Source: Takakia lepidozioides
Lineage: Eukaryota; Plantae; Bryophyta
Reading direction: 5' to 3'
Assembly: GCA_030704615.1 (NCBI GenBank)
Contig: JAKLZA010000142.1
Coordinates: 1 to 18,000 of the forward strand
DNA: 18,000 bases
The position numbers were made by a program, and so were the translations under genes. A model generated the notes under the pieces. It did not search any database. It worked only from the letters and a program-made list of their open reading frames with translations, and had not been told where the DNA came from. This document shows, piece by piece, positions 11,422-18,000 of this stretch; positions within the stretch are counted from its first letter, which is position 1, and each line of letters begins with the position of its first letter.

Positions 11422-14400
11422 TCACTTACTACGGAACCGGTCTACAAAATCTACTTTCCTGGCAAGGGACATGTTGTTTCCATCATCATTTTTTATGAAT
11501 GGAACTGCTTGAAGAGGGTGCAACAGACCTTTGTCGATTCTAACTTGTAAAGTGGACAGCCTCCCACGAACACAACGAAGCTCGGCAAGCAAATGTTTGC
11601 GCATTGTTTCACTCTCATTGCCAAGAAGCGACAGGGACTTCATCTCAGATTCAATTGATGAAACATCCGATGGCTCCTGCCGACCACGCCGGGATGATGC
11701 TGAGCACTCCGTAGGCTCTGCTAGATTCACAACTTCCTCCTCTGCATCAATATCTGGAAGTTCCGATTTCATCAACATGTGAAGACCTCCATGAATGGTC
11801 CCGAGCTTTGTGCCACAGAGCTTCACAATAAGCCCTTCCTTCAGATTTGGCTTCATCAATTGAAGAACGCGGATTTGATGTTTGCACAAGTTACCCTTCA
11901 AAGCCCATGGACAATCGCAACAAGCCCAGGTGGTCGCAGGTGCATAGATTGTGTAGCTTCGACCGGCCGTTTGAACACTATCCACAATCGCCGGATGACC
12001 AGGAACAGTGGGCAAATGAACATTGACATCAGGGATCTCCCTTGCAGTCCAAACACATTACTGATAAATTCCTCCTGTCGTACATTCCTTTTGAAGCCTT
12101 TCGATTTTCAAGTTATCTCTATACCAATAGTGGGTTAGAACAGGACCCACGAGTTCGCTGATCAGCCAATCGATTCTCCTGCCATCAAGCCTTTGCTTTC
12201 CCGAGCGTAAACGAGCCTTCAAATTTCCGTGCCAAGATTCAATTGCGGCATTAGTATCCTGACTTGCGTGGGGAATATAACGAGCCCCCGTGATCCACAT
12301 GCTCAGTTTTGGGACCCATTCCATTCTGATGTAACGTAGGAAGTCACGCGCAAGCGGATAGGAATAATTCAAATCTTCCAGTCGCTCCAGCGCCCACTCT
12401 TCTGGGGTGACTCCCACACAGGCGTTAATGCCGTACATTACGTCGCCAAGCTGTTTCAAAACAGCATTGCGAGTGTATGGATCGGGCATCTTACGCCACG
12501 AATGTTTCAGCCAAGCGCGGCGAACATGCCAAAGGCATAGAAATATTGCTACGTCCCCAAACGATTCCCTGCACGCACACACATCAAATGCCACCCAATC
12601 CATCAGTGTAACTCTTGTCAGTGTAACTCTTATCAGAGGAACTCTTCGCAGTGTAACTCGTAGAAGTGTAACTCTTCAAAGTGTCACTCTTAGTAGTGTG
12701 ACTCATGTAACCCTCTCGTGCATCTGGTCATGTAACTATCAGTGAAACTCACAGCAGTGTAACCCAACACATATAACCCCTCGCAGCGCTGTAACGCAAT
12801 CCATGTTACACCGTGTAACTCTCAGAGCGACCCAACCCATACACCCTCTGCGATGCTCCCAGTGTAACTCACATGCTATAGCAGTGCAACCTAATCCATG
12901 TAGGACTGCGGATGACACGCCGTGTAACTCCCTGTGTAACTCGCAGTGTAACCCTCTGTCTACCTCATAGCAGTGTAACCCTCGGTCTAACTCACAGTAG
13001 TATAACCCTCGGTCTAACTCACAGCAGTGTAACCCTCCCCTCCGTCCAACTCAAGGCAGTATAACCATCTGTCTAACTGATAGTGTAACCCTCAGTGTAA
13101 TAGACAGCACTGCAACCCAATCCATGTAACCCCTCGAGCAACTGACAGTGTAACTCCAAGTGTTACAGGCAGCAATGCACCCCCTCGTGTAACTGGCAGT
13201 TTAACTCTTACTGTGATTCTCAGTGTAACTAGCAGCAGTGTAGCCCGATCCATGAAACCCCTCGTGCATGCAACTTGTAGTGTGACTCAGAACATTGTAA
13301 CTTCTAGCCGTGTACCTGATAGCATTGATTTCTGCGTCTGCATCGTCGACAACAAAAGCATTTGGCCTCCAATCTGGTTTGCTCTGAAGAAGTCGGTCGC
13401 GAAGACGTTTCATCCAGGGGCTCAAGTCAGTCGTTTTGTTTCTCGCTGATATAATATAAGCAACAGGTATGCCGTTGAGCCATTCGTCGAACACCATCAT
13501 GGTATACATTGGGAACTGCAATGTCGCAATGGTACAAAAATGAATAAGGTGAGCGTTAAAATATTGGCAACAGTTGCATGGCACTCACATTTCAGAATGC
13601 AATGAAAGGTAAAGCGTGACACGAATACCTTATTTTCGTTGGTCCCAAATGTTGCATCATCGCAGGATACCACACGGTTGTGTCCCAAGTCGATCATTTT
13701 CTGTTTTTGCCACTCCGTTTGTATTCCAATTACGAACTTCAAATCACCCGCCACTGGCGCTGTCTCTTCATGGTAGAAAAGACGCTTTCAGGATTGCTAT
13801 TGACCCACATACGTACACTTTGTGCATCATCTGGATGTTTTTTTGTAACTCTCAATCGCAAGCTTGTCGGCAATGTTTCTCACGTCGTACTCGAACAAGA
13901 AACAATCGCGACTCCACTCCATGCCTGGCTGAGACGCACAAGCTTCCTGGAGTTGTTGAGTGTGTTGTGTCATAATCATAGCTGGAGATAGGCCACTGCG
14001 AAGACTATCGACGATCCACTGTTTCATATCTTGGCTGAGACGAGGGGCATGCACGAATCGCGAGAAATGGAAAGAGGGGTCAGCTGACCATGACATGGCT
14101 TTCCTTTTGCATCCACATGCTGTTTCTGGAAGTATTGTATGATTGCCAACTCTGAATCTAGAAACACTGGCCAACTTTGAAGCTACACGTACACCCACGT
14201 TTGTATGACTCTCCGAAATCCGCTGCCTTACGTCTGATTCGCTTGACTGTTGTTTTGATTATCGGAGGCTGCTATCGGTTTTTCTTTTTTCTTCTTCACA
14301 ATCGGCGGGTCCGTGCGCCTATCTATCGGGCCGTAGCAGCAGTGGTACCTGCAAAAAAGCATATAAAGCGAGGAGGGTTATCGCCATATACGACTTTGCT

Positions 14401-14782
14401 AGACTAGCAGAAAGAAGTGGGGCTGGGAATGTTATACAACCCTCATAAGTGACTTACTTATGCCACTGACGATAACTGTTTGCACGCGGTGTTGTCAATC
14501 TGGCAACTTCACTGTACCTTCGATCTTGAACATAAAATTGGGTCTTCCCATCCACTCTACTACCTTTCTCCCTCCAAAAGTCAGGAATGCGAGACCATGG
14601 AACGACAGCTACTTCGATGGATATCCGTTTCCCTTTTCCCTGGGAAACCTGGCGTATCCAACGGAGGTTTGTGTGATTGAAAAGCCCGTCTAGGGCAGCT
14701 GTAGGATGCATTTCAAATGAGATACCAAATGCTGCAAATGACAGAGTTCTCCCGCCTCATCTTTCAAACCATTTGATTCCAT
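11422..14782 (-). CDS. MULE-family DDE transposase with C-terminal SWIM zinc finger, frameshifted as written. Exons ~14782(or 14711)-14458, 14348-13629, 13515-13316, 12568-11422
   Basis: Motifs in order: YHCCYGP, KRGCTCSF, QHVDAKGKPCHG, HPDDAQSVRMWV, FVIGIQTEWQ, DATFGTN (D1), VFDEWLNGIPVAYII, FVVDDADAE (D2), FLCLWHVRRAW (CxxH), TNAAIESWH (E), CDCPWALKGNLCKH (SWIM). GT-AG introns 14349-14457, 13516-13628 and 12569-13315 are phase-compatible. About seven 1-bp indels are needed to read through. The start codon is uncertain. Confidence 0.9.
12604..13300 (+). repeat. CAGTGTAAC[T/C]C array in the 747-bp transposase intron
   Basis: Seven units at 15-bp period (12604, 12619, 12634, 12649, 12664, 12679, 12694), followed by ~29-bp units around 12945-13080. 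Confidence 0.85.
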
Positions 14783-15039
14783 GCTGCTTTGCGTTCCTCG
14801 TCTAGCACTTCGCGCAGCACATGCCATTAGCAGCAACAATACCACCAGTACAGTACAATCGCATAACTACACGCGGCAACGCAGCGGAGCCCTCGGGCTG
14901 CACGTCGTCTACGCACCTGGTGAAATGCAGCGATGATGGAGTTACACGTGGTTTTGATGTCACCGAATCGTGTAACCCAGGTTTGAATTCAAATATCTGA
15001 CACCTCTTGGAGCCCGCCAATTTTTGCCGGGCACTAAGG

Positions 15040-15628
15040 GCTACACGAACAGGGGTGACATGCGTTGGGGATAAAGGATCCGGGTGACACGAGCTATGAG
15101 TGACCCAATCGGGGGTTACAACGGGGGGATTGATACAGTATCGGGGTTACATGGTGGGGTTACAATGTGAGAGTTGCACAATGAGGGTTACACGAGGCGG
15201 AGCTAAACGCTGACGTGCAGAGGGTTACAGGGATGATGGGGTTACGAGGAACTGGAGTTACACACGGAGAGGGGGTATATGGTATAACATGATACAAGCT
15301 TACATTGGGGTTACACGATGCAGGATAACATGGAGTGAGGGTTACACCTCGCGGAGTAACAGAGGGTTACTGGGTTACAAAGGGTTACAGAGGGTCATGG
15401 GTTACATGGGTTTACAGAGGGTGACATAGGTTTACATGGGAAGGGTTACATGGAGTGAGGGTTACACTCACGGTGTTACAGAGGGATAAACGGGTTACGG
15501 AGGGTTACATGGTGGGTGAGGGTTACACCCTGGTGATGTTACAGAGAGTCACAGAGGGTCACATAGGTGTTTTACATGGAGTGAGGTTACACAGGTTATG
15601 AGGGTGACTTCTAACTCTGACAGAGGGT
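15040..15628 (+). repeat. Degenerate GGGTTACA array internal to the right TIR, upstream of the transposase
   Basis: Many GGGTTACA/GGGTGACA copies with diverged spacers. There is no inverted counterpart inside 3230 on the left. Confidence 0.75.
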
Positions 15629-17390
15629 TACTGAGGGTTACATGGTGGTGAAGGTTACACCTGGTGAGGGTTATAGAGGGTCACAGAGGGTTACATGGGT
15701 TATAGAGGGTCAGAGGGTTACATGGAGTGAGGGTTACATGGGGTTACATGGGTTAGGGTCACAGAGGGTTACACGGGTTACGCAGGGTCACAGAGGATTA
15801 CATGGGTTACAAGGAGTGAGGGATGCATAGGGATGGGGTGACACTCTGCGGTGTTACAGGGTTACATGGTGGTAAGGGTTACACCTAGTGAGGGATATAG
15901 GGTCACAGAGGGTTACATGGGTTACAGAGGTTACAGAGGGTCAGAGAGGGTTACATGGAGTGAGGATTACATAGGGGTGAGGGTGACACTCTGCGGTGTT
16001 ACAGAGGGTTACATGGTGGTGAGGGTTACAAAGGGTCACAGAGGGTTACATGTGTTACAGAGGGTTACATGGAGTGAGGGTTACATAAGGGGTGAGGGTG
16101 ACGCTCTACGGTGTTACAGAGGATTACATGGGTTACAGAGCCACGGAGGGTCACAGAGGGTTACATGGAGTGAGGGTTACATGGGGATGAGGGTGACACT
16201 CTGCGGTGTCACAGAGGGTTTGTGAGGGTTACGGAGGGTTACATGGTGACGAGGGTGACACTCTGCGGTGTTACAGAGGGTTACATGGTGGTAAGGGTTA
16301 CACCTGGTGAGGGATATAGAGGGTCACATGGGTTACAGAGGGTTACATGGTGGTGAGGGTTATAGAGGGTCAGAGAGGGTTACATGGAGTGAGGGTTACA
16401 TAGGGGTGAGGGTGACACTCTGCGGTGTTATAGAGGGTTACATGGTGGTGAGGGTTACAAAGGGTCACAGAGGGTTACATGGGTTACAGAGGGTTAGGGG
16501 TGAGACGACACTCTACGGTGTTACAGAGGGTTACATAGGTTACAGAGCCACAGAGGGTTTGTGAGGGTTACATGGTGGCGAGGGTGACACTCTGCGGTGT
16601 TACAGAGGGTTACATGGAGGTAAGGGTTACACCTGGTGAGGGATATAGAGGTCACAGAGGGTTACATGGAGTGAGGGTTACAGAGGGTCAGAGAGGGTTA
16701 CATGGAATGAGGGTTACATACGGGTGAGGGTGACACTCTGCGGTGTTACAGAGGGTTACATGGTGGTGAGGGTTACAAAGGGTCACAGAGGGTTACATGG
16801 GTTACAGAGGTTACATGGAGTGAGGGTTACATAAGGGGTGAGGGCGACACTCTGCGGTGTTACAGAGGGTTACATAGGGTTACATGGGTTGCAAAGTGTT
16901 ACAGAGGGTTACATGTAGTGAGGGTTACATAGGGGTGGGGGTGACACTCTGCGGTGTTATAAGGGTTACATGGGTTACAGAGGGTTACATGTAGTGAGGG
17001 TTACATAGGGGGGGGTGACACTCTGCGGTGTTATAGAGGGTACATGGGTTACAGAGGGTCATGGGGTTATATGGGTTACAAAGGGTTACATGGTAATGTG
17101 GGTTACACTCGGCGGAGTTACAGAGGGTTACATGGGGGTGATGGTTGAACCCGGGGCGGGGGTTACAGGGAACTGGCGGACTGCTGGAAGCGGCGGACTG
17201 GTGTCGCAGAACAACGACGCAGGGGGCGACGACGCCGATGGGATGAGGGCGGGGGTGGGGAGGGATTGACCGAGCCCAGCCGGCTGCCTTTCGATGTCTG
17301 CCGGAGGCGAAGAACCTGCGGTACGGGTGTCAGGGCTGGACCGTCCTGACGCGCTTGCATTGAGTTCTTACATTATTCCTATTATCTTCC
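15629..17390 (-). repeat. Right TIR (~1.76 kb): G-rich GAGGGTTACA satellite array plus unique outer segment ~17165-17390
   Basis: Inverted copy of the left arm built from the same sub-modules (e.g. GGGTGACACTCTGCGGTGTTACAGAGGGTTACATGG), with fewer array units. Confidence 0.93.
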
Positions 17391-17432
17391 AATAAAGTCT
17401 TACAAATAAAGTTTTACAAATAAAGTCTTACA
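17391..17432 (+). repeat. 14-bp tandem triplication abutting the right TIR
   Basis: AATAAAGTCTTACA / AATAAAGTTTTACA / AATAAAGTCTTACA. Confidence 0.95.
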
Positions 17433-17542
17433 GGGTTTCATCATGTTTCAAATTTGTTCTAGCGTGAGCCTACACCAGCATTCCTCAGGAAACTCAAACA
17501 ATTACAAGCTAAAGACTATGTTTATGTGATGCTTTCATACAG

Positions 17543-18000
17543 GCCAAACAATGAGTAGAGAACATCTCTGGCAGGAGTTCTTCTCAGATCCTTCACAGTG
17601 GTGAGACAACAGGGTGATAAGGTGAGGCTAGGTTTAGTGAGGACGTGAGAAAGTCTGTCAAGTAGAGCTTCCGATTAAGAACTGGCATGATGATATTTCT
17701 TGGACCGGGATTGTATCTTGGGTTGTTGAGATTAATTGAGAAATCTGCTCGAACACATGGAAAGCGGTTCTTGTTATGAGTAGGTTGTCCCTCCTTGTCA
17801 GCAGGGCAGAAAGCAGCTAGGTGCCCTGCTATTTAAACGATGCTTCGAGCATGGCGGTTACAGCATCGTCTATGCGAGGCTGTGGTTGGAGCTATGGCTG
17901 CTCAGCTGTCCCAAAGGGTTTTCCACACAGGAGCCCAAGTTCCCCCGACTTCAGAAATAATGATCCTCCTTGGGTGAAAGCGGAGCTGGCTGCCATTGTG
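17543..18000 (+). pseudogene. Decayed host gene fragment with an OSB-type PDF motif (organellar ssDNA-binding motif); runs off the window
   Basis: 17551-17613 reads MSREHLWQEFFSDPSQW*DNR, with TGA at 17602 in place of the second W of WWDNR, and a donor AG/GTGAGG at 17622. 17932-18000 reads SPSSPDFRNNDPPWVKAELAAIV, lacking the usual HK...ALWL segment. The match to the PDF consensus W..FF..P..WWDNR..K....PDFK is from recall. Confidence 0.65.

Larger units (their letters stand above)
706..17390. mobile_element. Giant Foldback-type Mutator-like element (MULE), ~16.7 kb, with convergent transposase and ZnF-Ulp1 accessory genes
   Basis: Seen: GGAAGATAATAGGAATAATGTAAGAAC at 706 is the reverse complement of ...GTTCTTACATTATTCCTATTATCTTCC ending at 17390, and the match stops abruptly outside these points. 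The ends enclose a MULE transposase and a Ulp1-type protease gene. Known: Ulp1-carrying MULEs exist (KAONASHI, VANDAL vanB), and maize MuDR has two convergent genes. Confidence 0.93.

Noticed and set aside
11531-14693. Plus-strand ORFs overlapping the transposase
   Set aside because: Antisense shadows. All recognisable motifs are on the minus strand.
15629-17165. True or interstitial telomere
   Set aside because: The units are GGGTTACA-based composites, not pure TTAGGG or TTTAGGG runs, and they are enclosed by unique TIR ends and ordinary flanking DNA.
706-17390. CACTA, LTR retrotransposon, Helitron or Polinton classification
   Set aside because: The termini are GGAAG...CTTCC inverted repeats. 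There are no CACTA ends or direct LTRs and no RT, integrase, Rep-helicase or polB motifs, and the transposase has MULE CxxH and SWIM signatures.

Overview
Eukaryotic, land-plant-like DNA (GT-AG introns; a bryophyte or other seed-free plant is my inference). Almost the whole window is one ~16.7-kb Mutator-superfamily (MULE) DNA transposon at 706-17390. It has Foldback-type terminal inverted repeats (left 706-3230, right 15629-17390), each a ~250-bp unique end plus a TGTAACCC/GGGTTACA satellite array. Two spliced genes converge inside. On the minus strand (about 14782 to 11422) is a DDE/CxxH/SWIM MULE transposase carrying several 1-bp frameshifts. On the plus strand (4549-10072, 5 exons, ~1,490 aa after one 1-bp correction) is an accessory protein: C2HC zinc finger, unrecognised domain, acidic repeat linker, and a Ulp1/SENP (C48) protease with an intact His-Asp-Cys triad. 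A decayed, inverted paralog of the zinc-finger exon lies upstream. The most striking signal is one short motif (GGGT[T/G]ACA) amplified separately in the TIRs, promoter regions, the long introns, the intergenic spacer and in-frame within coding sequence, but nearly absent from the flanks. This recalls the VANDAL/VANC target-motif strategy and suggests a self-targeted deSUMOylase system (hypothesis only). No target-site duplication is visible. The right flank has a 14-bp triplication and a decayed OSB-type PDF-motif gene fragment.
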